From contig JAYWGM010000070.1 in assembly GCA_043778225.1 (NCBI GenBank), forward strand, positions 15,831 to 79,830: 64,000 bases of DNA. Direction: 5' to 3'. The stretch comes from Deinococcales bacterium (GTDB lineage Bacteria > Deinococcota > Deinococci > Deinococcales > JAAFIG01). Within the stretch, counting starts at the first letter, position 1, and every line of letters starts with the position of its first letter. This document shows, one piece after another, positions 40,111 through 50,320 of the stretch. The notes beneath the pieces are model-generated. The model was given only the letters and a program-made list of their open reading frames with translations. It was not told the DNA's origin and ran no database searches. Made by a program: the position numbers and the translations under genes.

Positions 40111-40985
40111 CGCAGCGCCGTCACGAGTGTGCTGATGTTGTGCTGAAAAGCCTTGAAATAAGTGTCGCCACTCGAGCCAACCGCACCAAGCGCATCGGTG
40201 TATAAGGCTGGGGCAATTTTAGCCCCAGTTTCTCGAGCAATGGTTTGGGCAAGTTTAGCATTAAGTACATTCTCGGTGAAAATAGCTTTGACTTTCTCGC
40301 GGCGAATAATACGGATTAAATCAGCCGTTTCTTTAGCACTTGGGGCGCGTTCGGTGCTGCCGCCAGGAATCACTGTTCCCACCACCCGAAAACCATAGCG
40401 GTCTGCGAGGTAGCCGAGTGCATCGTGATTGGTCACAATTTTGCGGCTCGAGACTGGAATTTTTTGCACCTCGAGTTTTGCCCAAGCGTCCAGATTTGCC
40501 AATTGGCGGTTGTATAAAGCCGCGTTGTTCCAATACGTATTTTTGTTACTCGAATCGGCAATCGTCAGGGCATTGCGGATTTTATTGATATAGCTCATCA
40601 TATGGATTGGATTCCACCAGATGTGCGGGTCGGACTCGCCAATTTCGTCGCCTTCGGTGAATTTACGGGTCGTTAAGCCTTTAGACAGTTCGATTATCTT
40701 GGCTTTGCCACCCGCATTTTTAGCCAGTTTTGCAAACCATGTCTCGAGTCCAAGTCCACTGATAAACACCACTTTGGCTTGTGCAAGGGCTTTGACATCT
40801 TGAGCGCTGGGTTGGTAGCCATGGGCATCGCCATCTCGAGGGACAAAATTGGTCAGGCTGATTTTATCGCCACCAACATTCTTAACCAAGTCCTCGAGAA
40901 TCGAGAAACTGGTGGTAACTTGCAGGGTTTGGGCGTAACTAAGGCTCGAGAGCAAAAAAAGAATAAGAGTGATAACACGTTTCAT
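40107..40985 (-). CDS. Zn/Mn ABC transporter substrate-binding protein
   Basis: DAHGYQP, DPHIW, TNHDALGY, LYTDAL. Confidence 0.9.
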   Translation of the reverse strand: MKRVITLILFLLSSLSYAQTLQVTTSFSILEDLVKNVGGDKISLTNFVPRDGDAHGYQPSAQDVKALAQAKVVFISGLGLETWFAKLAKNAGGKAKIIELSKGLTTRKFTEGDEIGESDPHIWWNPIHMMSYINKIRNALTIADSSNKNTYWNNAALYNRQLANLDAWAKLEVQKIPVSSRKIVTNHDALGYLADRYGFRVVGTVIPGGSTERAPSAKETADLIRIIRREKVKAIFTENVLNAKLAQTIARETGAKIAPALYTDALGAVGSSGDTYFKAFQHNISTLVTALR

Positions 40986-40992
40986 AGCTTAA

Positions 40993-41008
40993 TGATAATT
41001 TATTATCA
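40993..41008. promoter_or_regulatory. Fur/Zur-like palindrome overlapping the promoter of the metal SBP
   Basis: TGATAAT-TT-ATTATCA. Confidence 0.55.
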
Positions 41009-41027
41009 ATTAGAAATATAGGGCAAT

Positions 41028-42059
41028 CTATGCCGCTTCAAAACCAAGCAGCACATTGACCGCATTGACTCCGATTTCCTCGACTGCATACCCGCCCTCC
41101 ATTACAAATAAGGTTGGCTTATTCAGCTTGGCAATTCTCGAGCCAATGTGTAGGTAATCGGGACTCTCGAGCAAAAACTGTGAAATCGGGTCGCCCTTAA
41201 AGGTATCCACGCCCAGCGAAACCAGCAGCACATCGGGGGCATACGCTAAAAGCCGCGCACACGCCAACTCGAGACTCGAAAACCACGTTTCAAAGTTTGT
41301 CCCATGCGGCATCGGATAATTGACGTTAAAGCCCTCGCCAGCACCAACCCCTGTTTCGTCGGCGTACCCCAGAAAATATGGATATTCGACACTCGGGTCG
41401 CCATGTAGGTTGACCACCAGCACATCATCTCGAGCATAAAAAATGCTTTGCGTACCGTTACCATGGTGATAATCAATGTCCAGAATCGCCACTCGAGCCG
41501 CGCCCGAATCCAGAAAATACTGGGCTGCAATTGCCACATTATTCAAGTAACAATACCCGCCCATATAATCGGCTGCCGCATGATGCCCCGGCGGACGGCA
41601 CAGCGCAAACGCGCTGCCCGAGCCAGATTGCACCAACTCAGCACCAGTGAGCGCCACATTGACACTGCTTAAAATGGCTGTCCAAGTGGTTGGTGTAATT
41701 GGCGCAGCCGCATCCAAGCTGTAGAACCCAAGTTTGGCTTCGATTGCCACCGGTTCTCGAGCCTGATTCATGCCCCGCACCGCCCATGTGTACGGCAGCG
41801 CGTGCTTGGCATGACCAGCCGCAATCCACTCCGCCCACGCATTCTCGAGAAAGCGCACATAGGCTGGCGAATGCACCCGCGTAATTGGTGTGACTCCCAA
41901 ATCCTTTGGCTCGAGAATTTCGCCAAGGTTCATTTTTTGGACTCGAGCCAGAATAATTTCTGCCCGACGCGGCATTTCAAAGACTGGCACAAGCCCATCG
42001 GCGACCAGTTCAAAATCGCCATGATGGAGTTTATGGGCTAGAGAGTAAATGGTTTTCAT
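41028..42059 (-). CDS. Acetylpolyamine amidohydrolase (histone deacetylase family)
   Basis: RPPGHHA, GGYCYLNN, DIDYHHGNGTQ, GVDT, MEGGY. Confidence 0.9.
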   Translation of the reverse strand: MKTIYSLAHKLHHGDFELVADGLVPVFEMPRRAEIILARVQKMNLGEILEPKDLGVTPITRVHSPAYVRFLENAWAEWIAAGHAKHALPYTWAVRGMNQAREPVAIEAKLGFYSLDAAAPITPTTWTAILSSVNVALTGAELVQSGSGSAFALCRPPGHHAAADYMGGYCYLNNVAIAAQYFLDSGAARVAILDIDYHHGNGTQSIFYARDDVLVVNLHGDPSVEYPYFLGYADETGVGAGEGFNVNYPMPHGTNFETWFSSLELACARLLAYAPDVLLVSLGVDTFKGDPISQFLLESPDYLHIGSRIAKLNKPTLFVMEGGYAVEEIGVNAVNVLLGFEAA

Positions 42060-42103
42060 GTTTTTCCTTTCAAAAAATAGCGAACTCGCGTATTCCAAAA
42101 AAC

Positions 42104-42129
42104 AGGGCGAACACAAGGTTCGCCCCTAC
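42104..42129 (-). repeat. GTAG-type REP-like hairpin
   Basis: Minus strand GTAG-GGGCGAAC-CTTGT-GTTCGCCC-T, intergenic. Confidence 0.6.
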
Positions 42130-42146
42130 AAAGACGTATAAATCAC

Positions 42147-43051
42147 CTACCTTTTCAAACGAGTCCAAACCTTGTCCCGCAGAGCGATATTGGCACTCGA
42201 GCAGAGTTTATTGGCACGGAAACGATTGGTCAGGTTGGCTGGTGTGTTGACCGCAGGGTCAGTTTTTAAGGCAGCGTCAAAGAATTTATCTGCGCCTTTA
42301 ATGCTGTTGTTGTAGCCCGTGAAATTGCTGGCAATTGCAATGGCTTCTGGGGTCATCATCCAGTTGATAAATTTGATCGCTTCGGCTTTGTTCTTGGAAG
42401 ATTTTGGCACGGCGAAATTATCATTCCAGAAAGGAATTCCTTCTCGAGGGTACACAAACACACCAGTTTTGAGTTTTTCTTTGGTGCGATGGGCTGCGCC
42501 ATTCCATTGGTGGTGCATAATCACTTCGCCAGCCTGCATCCGCTCGATTGTACCGTCAGAATTATAAGCTGCCAAAAACGGTTTTTGTTTCTCGAGCAGC
42601 GCTAAGACCCGTTCGCCATTGGAAGCAACCGTGGTGCATTGGTCTATTTTGAGGTAAATTGTGGCAGCGTTCCACAATTCGGTCGGGTCGTTCAGTGCCA
42701 CAATTTGCCCACGTAAGGCTTCGGGTGGTTCAAAAAACGATTTCCAAGAATCATCGAGTTTGCCGCCCGAAACTCGAGCCGAATCGTAAGTAAAGCCAGT
42801 CACGCCCCACATATACGGGGCGCTGTAGACTCGAGCCGCATCGAATGGTGGTTTAGCCGAGAAGCCTTGTACATTCTTCCAATTGGATAATTTTGTGGCA
42901 AAAATTGGCTCGAGAATTTTCTCGTCAATCATGATTTTAACCATGTAATCGGACGGCACAATGATGTCATAACCCGTTGCCCCAGCTTGAAGTTTTGCCA
43001 GCAGGGATTCGTTAGAATCGTAAACATCCAAATTAACCCGCACACCAGTAT
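42147..43051 (-). pseudogene. potD: Polyamine ABC substrate-binding protein, 5'-truncated
   Basis: TGVRVNLDVYDSNE, YDIIVPSDY, PYMWG, PREG; no signal peptide. Confidence 0.75.
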
Positions 43052-43195
43052 GTATTGCCCCCATTTCACGCCACCAAATTGCCCCGGCTCGAGCCATGAC
43101 ATCAAACCCATTAAAAGCATTGGTAAAACCATAAAAACCAAAATCAGAAGTCCAGCAGGGGAGAGCAGCGCCCAGCGCCCAAGGTTATTTTTCAT
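43052..43195 (-). pseudogene. potB: N-terminal fragment of polyamine ABC permease
   Basis: [25 protein letters not shown]...GGVKWGQY, then joins potD out of frame. Confidence 0.65.
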
Positions 43196-44315
43196 TTTTG
43201 TCCTCGAGTATTCCCAATGCCTCGGATGGTTCGTGCGTTCCCAATGCCTCGGATGGTTCAAGTATCCGCACCGCATCGGCTGGAATCAGCAATTGAACAG
43301 TTTCGCCAAGGCTAACCATTTTGGCTGCTCCACCCGAATTTTGCATTCGCACCTTAAAAACCTCAGATGCCAACTCGAGGTAGACCACAGTATCCGTGCC
43401 AACATAGACCACTTCGCGTACCTTGGCAGTTAAGCCCCTGCCTTCTCGAGCAATTAAAGCTCGTTCTGGACGCACTGCCACATCCACACTTGAGCCAAAT
43501 GTTCGGTTGTGCTGGGTCTCGAGCAATTGACCGTCTGATAAACGTAAGCCGTTTGTTTGTGCAATACCAGTTAAGAAATTGGTTTCGCCAATAAAATCTG
43601 CCACATAGCGGGTGCGCGGAAAATCATAAATTTCGGTCGGTGTACCAATTTGCTCGAGTTTGCCGTTTTTCATGACCGCAATTCGGTCAGACATGGTTAA
43701 AGCCTCTTCTTGGTCGTGGGTCACGAACACAAAAGTAATGCCAGTTTCGAGTTGTAAGCGCTTGAGTTCTAGCTGCATTTCTTTGCGTAACTTGGCATCC
43801 AAAGCCGAAAGCGATTCATCGAGCAAAAGCACTTTGGGACGATTTGCCAAGGCTCGAGCCAATGCCACACGCTGTTGCTGCCCTCCCGAGAGTTGAGCAG
43901 GCTTACGCGCTCCCAAGTCCTTTAATTGCACCAATTCAAGCATTCCAGAGACAATTTTTTGCGTCTCCAGCTTAGAAAAACGCTGCATCTCGAGACCAAA
44001 GGCGATATTTTGCGCCACACTCATGTGTGGAAAAAGTGCGTAGCTCTGAAAAACCGTGTTCACAGGGCGCTTAAATGGCGGTAAACCCTCGAGCCTCTGC
44101 CCATACAGACTTATCGAACCGTTGGTGGGTTGTTCAAAACCAGCAATTAAACGCAGCAGCGTGGTTTTGCCACAGCCACTTGGTCCAAGCAAGGTAAAAA
44201 ATTCGTTAGAATCAATCTCGAGACTGACCCCAGCCAAGGCAGTGACCGCATCTGCACCCGTACCGAAAACCATTCCGATATTGTCAATCACAATGGCGCT
44301 TCGAGAAGAGGTCAT
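43185..44315 (-). CDS. potA: Polyamine ABC transporter ATP-binding protein
   Basis: [39 protein letters not shown]. Confidence 0.9.
   Translation of the reverse strand: MTSSRSAIVIDNIGMVFGTGADAVTALAGVSLEIDSNEFFTLLGPSGCGKTTLLRLIAGFEQPTNGSISLYGQRLEGLPPFKRPVNTVFQSYALFPHMSVAQNIAFGLEMQRFSKLETQKIVSGMLELVQLKDLGARKPAQLSGGQQQRVALARALANRPKVLLLDESLSALDAKLRKEMQLELKRLQLETGITFVFVTHDQEEALTMSDRIAVMKNGKLEQIGTPTEIYDFPRTRYVADFIGETNFLTGIAQTNGLRLSDGQLLETQHNRTFGSSVDVAVRPERALIAREGRGLTAKVREVVYVGTDTVVYLELASEVFKVRMQNSGGAAKMVSLGETVQLLIPADAVRILEPSEALGTHEPSEALGILEDKNEK
43211..43259. repeat. Direct repeat at 27-bp spacing in potA 3' end
   Basis: TTCCCAATGCCTCGGATGGTTC at 43211-43232 and 43238-43259. Confidence 0.9.
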
Positions 44316-44443
44316 CTTGGGCAGGAGTTCTAACCTAAAAAAGTTTAGGAATGGGCAGCAAAATCCACATTTTTTGGAGGGTCTTGAAGTTCATTATTAA
44401 AATTTCGAGGTGAAATTCAAATCCATCCGTTATAATCAGCCAC

Positions 44444-45568
44444 ATGATTGCTTTCCTTCAAGAAATTCTGCGGCTCGAGAGTCGAACTGGTTCTGAGGCT
44501 GCTTTGGCGGCTCGAGTGGTTTCTGAAATGCAGCATCGTTCTTTTGATGCTGCTTGGATTGATTCAACTGGTAATGCGCTTGGTTTGGTGCGTGGTTCGG
44601 AACGTGGTGCGGCTACGATGCTTTTAACGCATCTTGATCATATTGATGTTGGTGATACAACCCTGTGGGCGCATCCGCCTTTTGCGGGTGTTCTCGAGGC
44701 TGGGGTGCTGCATGGGCGTGGTGCAGTGGACATTAAAGGTCCGTTAGCAGCACAACTTTTTGCGTTGGCTGGGTTGCTCGAGCAGGGTTTACGTCCTAAG
44801 CACGATGTGCTGCTGGCGATTCCTGTGGAAGAAGAAACGGGTGGGCGTGGCATGGCGGAACTGATGGCAAACTTGCCAGTTAAAACTCCTTTTGGGTTGC
44901 TCGATCTCGGGGCGTGCGTGGTTGGTGAACCAAGTGGCAATAAGGTCATGCTTGGGCATCGTGGGGGGTGTCGTTGTACAGTGCGTTTTCATGGACGGGC
45001 GCATCATGCCAGTCTGGCTTTGCATAGCGAAAATCCGCATTTTGCTTTGGCAGTGTTTTTAGAGCGGTTGCGGCTCGAGAAGTTGTCAAGTCATGCCATT
45101 CTTGGGCGTTCGAGTATTTCGCCAACCATGATTCATGCCGATACGAGCAGCAATAATCTTACGCCGAACACAATTACTTTAACGCTGGATTGGCGTACCA
45201 CTTCAGAAGATGGCGCGGAGGTCAGGCGTATTCTCGAGCAATTACTCGAGGGTTTACCAGCTTCTTTTGTTTCGTTTAACGATTGGGAGGGTGGTGTGGA
45301 TGGAGTCAAGTTTCCTGGTTTTATCACCGAACCGAATCATAATTTGGTAACGGCGATTCATGAGGCTCGAGATTCGCTGCTTGGCACGTCCGAGACGGGT
45401 ATTTGGCAATTTGCCACTGATGGGCGTTGGGCGCATAAAGTTGGAATTCCTTGTGTTGGTTTTGGACCGGGCGCAGAAGAATTGGCGCACACCACCCAAG
45501 AACGCATCGAAGTTGAACAACTTTTGCAACACGTCAAAGTGCTGCAAAAGTTTCTGCTCGAGTATTAA
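44444..45568 (+). CDS. M20/M25/M40 metallo-hydrolase (ArgE/DapE-like)
   Basis: THLDH, GRGAVDIKG, VEEETGG, GEP, ATDG, FGPG...AH. Confidence 0.88.
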   Translation: MIAFLQEILRLESRTGSEAALAARVVSEMQHRSFDAAWIDSTGNALGLVRGSERGAATMLLTHLDHIDVGDTTLWAHPPFAGVLEAGVLHGRGAVDIKGPLAAQLFALAGLLEQGLRPKHDVLLAIPVEEETGGRGMAELMANLPVKTPFGLLDLGACVVGEPSGNKVMLGHRGGCRCTVRFHGRAHHASLALHSENPHFALAVFLERLRLEKLSSHAILGRSSISPTMIHADTSSNNLTPNTITLTLDWRTTSEDGAEVRRILEQLLEGLPASFVSFNDWEGGVDGVKFPGFITEPNHNLVTAIHEARDSLLGTSETGIWQFATDGRWAHKVGIPCVGFGPGAEELAHTTQERIEVEQLLQHVKVLQKFLLEY

Positions 45569-45573
45569 AAGTC

Positions 45574-46668
45574 CTAAGTCTGTGTCCAAGATTTGCGTTG
45601 TTGCTGCGTGTATTCTGCCGTTCGGCGCACTTCTTGGCTTGGGTCTTGGCTGAGTTGTCCAAGGATTTTATCCGAAACTGCCCCGACATACGCCACTTGG
45701 TAACGAACATCTTCGTGTGGGTCGTTTGCCAGTCGCTCGAGAACCCACTCTGGCAATTTGCTGCTTCGGGCATAAGCCAAGGCACGCCTTATATCTGGAT
45801 TGGTGTCTTGCAGTAGAATCTCAAAAATAGCCTTGGTTTGGTCTTCGCGGCGGGCAATAGACAAGCGTATTTGGTCTATTGGGTCATTGGCAAATTTTGC
45901 CATCAAGGTTAAAGGGAGTTCATGATGCTCGGCTAAGGTTTGGCGTATTTTTTCGTCGGAATCAGCTACCAATTGACCATGAAATTCTTTAACCCAGATA
46001 AAAAGTTCGGCAATTTTCAGGCGAACTTCGGGGGCAGGGTCTTGAGTTAAAGCCAAAAGCAATGTAACTTCGCCGCGTCGTCGCAGGTTATCCACACTCG
46101 AGGCACGCACGGCTGCTGCTGGGTCAGTGGCTAGAATTCGCAGTTCTTTGGTTGGTACATTGGCATTGCAGGCGACCATATCCCGCACAGGGCTTTCTGG
46201 GTCGTAAGCCAGTTGCTCGAGTACCACCACTGGACAGGCATGACTCATGGCGACTGCCGAACGAACATAGGTTTCTAAATCTTGGCTGAGCAAGGTAAAA
46301 ATGGCATCTGAACAAAGTGCATGGTTGGTCACGGCTTGGCGCACCTCAGCATCTGGATGCTTTGCCAGTTGCTCGAGCAGTTGCACGGGTGTGTTACGGC
46401 TTTGGGCAACAGCTAGACAAACCGAAAACTGTTTGTGTTTAGCCAATTTCTCGAGAATGGTTACACTGACATTTGGGTTCAGTGCCACGGCTTTGAGGAT
46501 TGTCCATTTGCCATGCCCACTTAAATACTCGAGTGCCGCAACAGGCGCGTTGGGATGACTTGCTACAGCGTACTGCACCGTTGGGTCTGGAGTTTTGGCT
46601 AACTCGAGCAACCGCGCTGCAAGGGTTTTTCTGTTTTTGGCTTCTTTTTTAAGGGCAGCAATATCCAT
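45574..46668 (-). CDS. LRV/HEAT-like helical repeat protein
   Basis: ~24 aa repeats of L..LA.D....VR.AVA.N...P. Confidence 0.75.
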   Translation of the reverse strand: MDIAALKKEAKNRKTLAARLLELAKTPDPTVQYAVASHPNAPVAALEYLSGHGKWTILKAVALNPNVSVTILEKLAKHKQFSVCLAVAQSRNTPVQLLEQLAKHPDAEVRQAVTNHALCSDAIFTLLSQDLETYVRSAVAMSHACPVVVLEQLAYDPESPVRDMVACNANVPTKELRILATDPAAAVRASSVDNLRRRGEVTLLLALTQDPAPEVRLKIAELFIWVKEFHGQLVADSDEKIRQTLAEHHELPLTLMAKFANDPIDQIRLSIARREDQTKAIFEILLQDTNPDIRRALAYARSSKLPEWVLERLANDPHEDVRYQVAYVGAVSDKILGQLSQDPSQEVRRTAEYTQQQRKSWTQT

Positions 46669-46684
46669 AGCTAAAATTCTAGCA

Positions 46685-47131
46685 TCAAAAACCAAATGCC
46701 TCGAGAACCACGGATGGAATTCGTTTTGGTCGGCTGGTGATTGGGTCTATCCAAACCCAGTTGGTTTTGATTTGCACCAGCAGCGCATTATCCTCGAGTC
46801 GCCGCATTTCGTGGTAACGCACGGCTCTAAAACCCGCGCATTCGGCTGTCCAAGTGGTGTCCTCGAGTGTATCGCCCAGCACCGCCGATTTGTGGTATTT
46901 GATGATGTGACCATGAACCACTGGCACAATCCCAAGGCTTTTCATTTTGTTAAATGCCATGCCTAGCCGCGCCGAATGAATAATCGCAGCCGTATCAGCA
47001 TAGCGCAAGTACACACTGTTATTGACGTGTTCGAGTTCGTCTATATCGGCAGCTGCCACAATAAAGTCTTGTTTATGAAACCGACGCTCACTCAGGGTCG
47101 GGTCAAAGTCTTGGAATACGAATTCGGGCAT
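46685..47131 (-). CDS. Acyl-CoA thioesterase (hot-dog fold)
   Basis: DIDELEHVNNSVY; TAGACT 7 nt before ATG 47131. Confidence 0.85.
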   Translation of the reverse strand: MPEFVFQDFDPTLSERRFHKQDFIVAAADIDELEHVNNSVYLRYADTAAIIHSARLGMAFNKMKSLGIVPVVHGHIIKYHKSAVLGDTLEDTTWTAECAGFRAVRYHEMRRLEDNALLVQIKTNWVWIDPITSRPKRIPSVVLEAFGF

Positions 47132-47147
47132 TCTAGGCAGTCTAGCA

Positions 47148-47330
47148 TCATGAGCGGGTATGCTTGCGGTACGCTGATGGCGATGTACCACAGGCTTGTT
47201 CAAAGGCGGCATAAAAGCGGCTGGCAGAACCAAAACCAGATTCAAAAGCAATCTCGAGGATGCTTTGCTTGGTTGTGACCAACAAACGCTGGGCATGGGC
47301 AAGGCGGTGCTGGGTCAGGTACTCGAGTAT
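47148..47330 (-). pseudogene. C-terminal remnant of AraC family regulator
   Basis: EYLTQHRLAHAQRLL...ILEIAFESGFGSASRFYAAF...SPSAYRK; only the second HTH is present. Confidence 0.75.
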
Positions 47331-47418
47331 CGCCTGCCTGAGAATACAGGACAAAAACAGTATTTTTCGGGATGTTTTTATTGTTTTGTTGCGCTAGATT
47401 ATTCCTAAGGAGAAAATC

Positions 47419-48402
47419 ATGTCATCCATGCCAGAAGTCTCAAACCCAGATGTTCGTGTTGTTCATGTGCCACCAATGCCCGTACCAACCGAGCAGCGCA
47501 GCCAATTTCATTTATCGCCAGAACAAATCCAGTTCTTTGACGATAACGGTTATTTGGTTTTGCGCGGCTTGATTAGCGGGCAGTTACTCGAGCGTTTACA
47601 AGCCGCAGGTTCGGGCTGGATTGAACGTGGACTCGAGACAACCCCACAAGACCCACACTACACCGATTATCAATTTGCCAAGCGCAGCTACGGACAAGTC
47701 TTTTACCGCGTAGACTACTTACACAATAAATCCGAAGTGGCTTCGCTCGAGTTGCTTGGTTGCCCCCAAGTGCTGGGGATTGCCGAAAGCCTTTGTGGTC
47801 AAAATTTTGTGCCAACTTACGAGAGCATGGTTTTTAAGCAAGCTGGCGATGGTGAGCAAATTCCTTGGCATCAGGACGCGGTACATCCACGGCAGTACCG
47901 TGTTTTTAACTTGGATTTATATTTGGATCGCTCGAGTATTGATGGTGGTGCATTGCGGGTTGTTCCGGGGACACAGAATAAAATTCTTGATATTTGTGAA
48001 ATTCAAGACCGCTTTGGTTGGGATGCGCCAAGTGTGATTCAAGTCGAGATGCAACCCGGCGATGTATTGCTGCACGATGTCATGGTGCTTCATGGCTCTG
48101 AACGTACCCAAGGACAAGCGTTGCGGCGCACGATTTACTATGAATTTCGAGCCGCTGAAGAAATTCTTGCCGATGGTCCGTGGGATGCTGATTGGATTGA
48201 AAAACGCCTTAGGCTTGTGCCACTTGGCTTAAATGCTTTTGCAAAAACCTTTCCAAACTTGCCACAATTCGATTGGCAAGTCAGCCAGAATTTTTGCCCA
48301 ACACCCCTCGAGAATGCCGAAGAAGAACTCAAGGTAGCCCATCTTGTCCATATGAATGGTACTTATTGCAGCGCTGGCGATGCCAAGAAAACAAAAAATT
48401 AA
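47419..48402 (+). CDS. Phytanoyl-CoA dioxygenase (PhyH) family 2OG-Fe(II) oxygenase
   Basis: FFDDNGYL, PWHQD, LRVVPGT, PGDVLLH...HGS. Confidence 0.85.
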   Translation: MSSMPEVSNPDVRVVHVPPMPVPTEQRSQFHLSPEQIQFFDDNGYLVLRGLISGQLLERLQAAGSGWIERGLETTPQDPHYTDYQFAKRSYGQVFYRVDYLHNKSEVASLELLGCPQVLGIAESLCGQNFVPTYESMVFKQAGDGEQIPWHQDAVHPRQYRVFNLDLYLDRSSIDGGALRVVPGTQNKILDICEIQDRFGWDAPSVIQVEMQPGDVLLHDVMVLHGSERTQGQALRRTIYYEFRAAEEILADGPWDADWIEKRLRLVPLGLNAFAKTFPNLPQFDWQVSQNFCPTPLENAEEELKVAHLVHMNGTYCSAGDAKKTKN

Positions 48403-48448
48403 AGCCGAGGAAAGAGGAGGGTTGGAATTTCCTCTTTCCTCTTTCCTC

Positions 48449-49321
48449 CTAACCTTTAGTCGCACCAACCGTCAAACCACCAATAAAGTAGCGTTGTAGA
48501 GCAAAAAACACAATTAAAGTTGGAGCGCACGCCAGAATACTTCCCGCCACAATCAGTGGATAGTCGGTGGTGAATTGACCGCGCAAATTGGATAAGCCAG
48601 TAGTGATTGGCTTTAAGGCGTTGTCTGTGACCAGTACCAATGCCCAAAGGTAATCATTAAAAATCCAAGTGAACTCGAGGGTGGCTAAACTGGCAATACC
48701 GGGCATCATTAACGGAAAAGCAATCCGTAAAAAGATCGTCCATTCGGTTGCACCGTCAATCTGGGCGCTTTCAAACAAGCTGGCTGGAACAGTTTTCATA
48801 AAGTTACGCAGCACAAAGGTGCTAAAAGCCAATTGAAAAGCGGTATGAAAGAAAATCAGCGCCCAATAAGTATTGTAAATGTTGAGGTCGTTGCTGAGCT
48901 TGAAGACTGGCAGCAATAACATCTGAAAAGGCAGCAATAAGCCACCAACAAACATAAAGTAAATTGGTTTGGCTAACTTAAACTGAAAGCGCACCAAGGC
49001 ATAAGCGCACATCGAAGAGAGCATAATGCAACCAAAAAGCGAAGGTAAGGTAATAATAAAGCTATTTAAGAGGTATTTATCAATGCCCATTTTACCCCAC
49101 GCTCTTATATAATTATCGAGCGAAATGGTTTCGGGAATGCTCCAAAAACCACGGGCGTTAAAGTCATCAAAGCCCCGTAAACTGGTCAGAACAGAACCTG
49201 CAATTGGCACAAGCCACAAAAATGCACCAAACCAAACAATAAACAAAATAACTGGATGCACTCCTTTTTTTGTTTTTGGTTTAGATTTGACAACTGGAAT
49301 TTCTTGGGCAGTGGCACTCAT
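48449..49321 (-). CDS. Carbohydrate ABC permease (MalG-like)
   Basis: LFESAQIDGA EAA loop, WIFNDYLW. Confidence 0.9.
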   Translation of the reverse strand: MSATAQEIPVVKSKPKTKKGVHPVILFIVWFGAFLWLVPIAGSVLTSLRGFDDFNARGFWSIPETISLDNYIRAWGKMGIDKYLLNSFIITLPSLFGCIMLSSMCAYALVRFQFKLAKPIYFMFVGGLLLPFQMLLLPVFKLSNDLNIYNTYWALIFFHTAFQLAFSTFVLRNFMKTVPASLFESAQIDGATEWTIFLRIAFPLMMPGIASLATLEFTWIFNDYLWALVLVTDNALKPITTGLSNLRGQFTTDYPLIVAGSILACAPTLIVFFALQRYFIGGLTVGATKG

Positions 49322-50238
49322 CAGCTTTCCTCCTGTTTCATCACTTCTCGTAAGTACAAGAAAATAAAGATTAAACTAATCGCAAATAGCACCACAGCGA
49401 TACTGGCAGCATAACCCATGCGGTAATCCTCGAAACTTAAATACATATAATTTGCCAGTACGTTGCTCGAGTCAAATGGATTGCCCCTTGTCATGATGTT
49501 GACCATATCAAACGAACGCAAGCTGTCGATAACGCTAATCACCACCACAATCGTGGTAACTGGGGCAAGCATTGGGAAAACCATGTACCTAAACAGTGTC
49601 CAGCCTTCTGCACCATCCATTTTGGCTGCCTCGAGAACTTCTTGGTCTACGGTTTTTAAGCCCGCCAAGTACAAGATCATCACATAACCAACTTGTCGCC
49701 AGACGGCGGCGGCAATGACACTAAAAATAGCTAAGTTTGGGTCGCCCAGCCACTGAATTTCAAAGGCTTTATTGCCAATAAACAACGATAAAAAGGTGTT
49801 CAGTAAGCCCGAACGCGGATTGTAAATCCCTTGCGCCCAAACCAAAGCCGTCACCACGGTGGCTAAAACCAAAGGCAAATAATAGGCAATTTTTAGGAAG
49901 CGATCAAATTTCACATCGGTGTTTAAGACCATCGCTAAACCAAGCCCAGCCGCCGGTGGAATGGTGATAAAAACAATAATCCAAATAATGTTGTTGACAA
50001 TTGATTTGCGAAACGGCTCTTCGCTCCAAAGCCGCTCGAAGTTAGCAAAACCGACACTGTTCCAAGTGTCCGAAAGACCATCCCAGTCGGTGGTGGACAG
50101 TAAAAGTGTCTGAAAAGTCGGGTAAATCACCCAGACCGTATACAAAAGTAATGGCACACCCAGAAACGACATGATCGTTATGAATTGATTAAAGGCACGT
50201 TGCTGCCGATTGACTGTTCGCACAGGTGCTTGCACCAT
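49321..50238 (-). CDS. Carbohydrate ABC permease (MalF-like)
   Basis: LYLAGL...LEAAKMDGA, MTRGNP. Confidence 0.9.
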   Translation of the reverse strand: MVQAPVRTVNRQQRAFNQFITIMSFLGVPLLLYTVWVIYPTFQTLLLSTTDWDGLSDTWNSVGFANFERLWSEEPFRKSIVNNIIWIIVFITIPPAAGLGLAMVLNTDVKFDRFLKIAYYLPLVLATVVTALVWAQGIYNPRSGLLNTFLSLFIGNKAFEIQWLGDPNLAIFSVIAAAVWRQVGYVMILYLAGLKTVDQEVLEAAKMDGAEGWTLFRYMVFPMLAPVTTIVVVISVIDSLRSFDMVNIMTRGNPFDSSNVLANYMYLSFEDYRMGYAASIAVVLFAISLIFIFLYLREVMKQEES

Positions 50239-50278
50239 GAAATCCCCTTTCTCGAGCTTAAAGTTTCTAAAGGTAAAA

Positions 50279-50303
50279 CCCCGCCCGAATCTAAGGGCGG
50301 GGC
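50279..50303. terminator. Intra-operon stem-loop after SBP gene
   Basis: CCCCGCCC-loop-GGGCGGGG. Confidence 0.55.
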
Positions 50304-50320
50304 ATTGAATCAGCACAAAT

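Noticed and set aside
48405..48450. TTTCCTC microrepeat as a novel element
   Set aside because: Explained as a terminator-like hairpin between convergent genes
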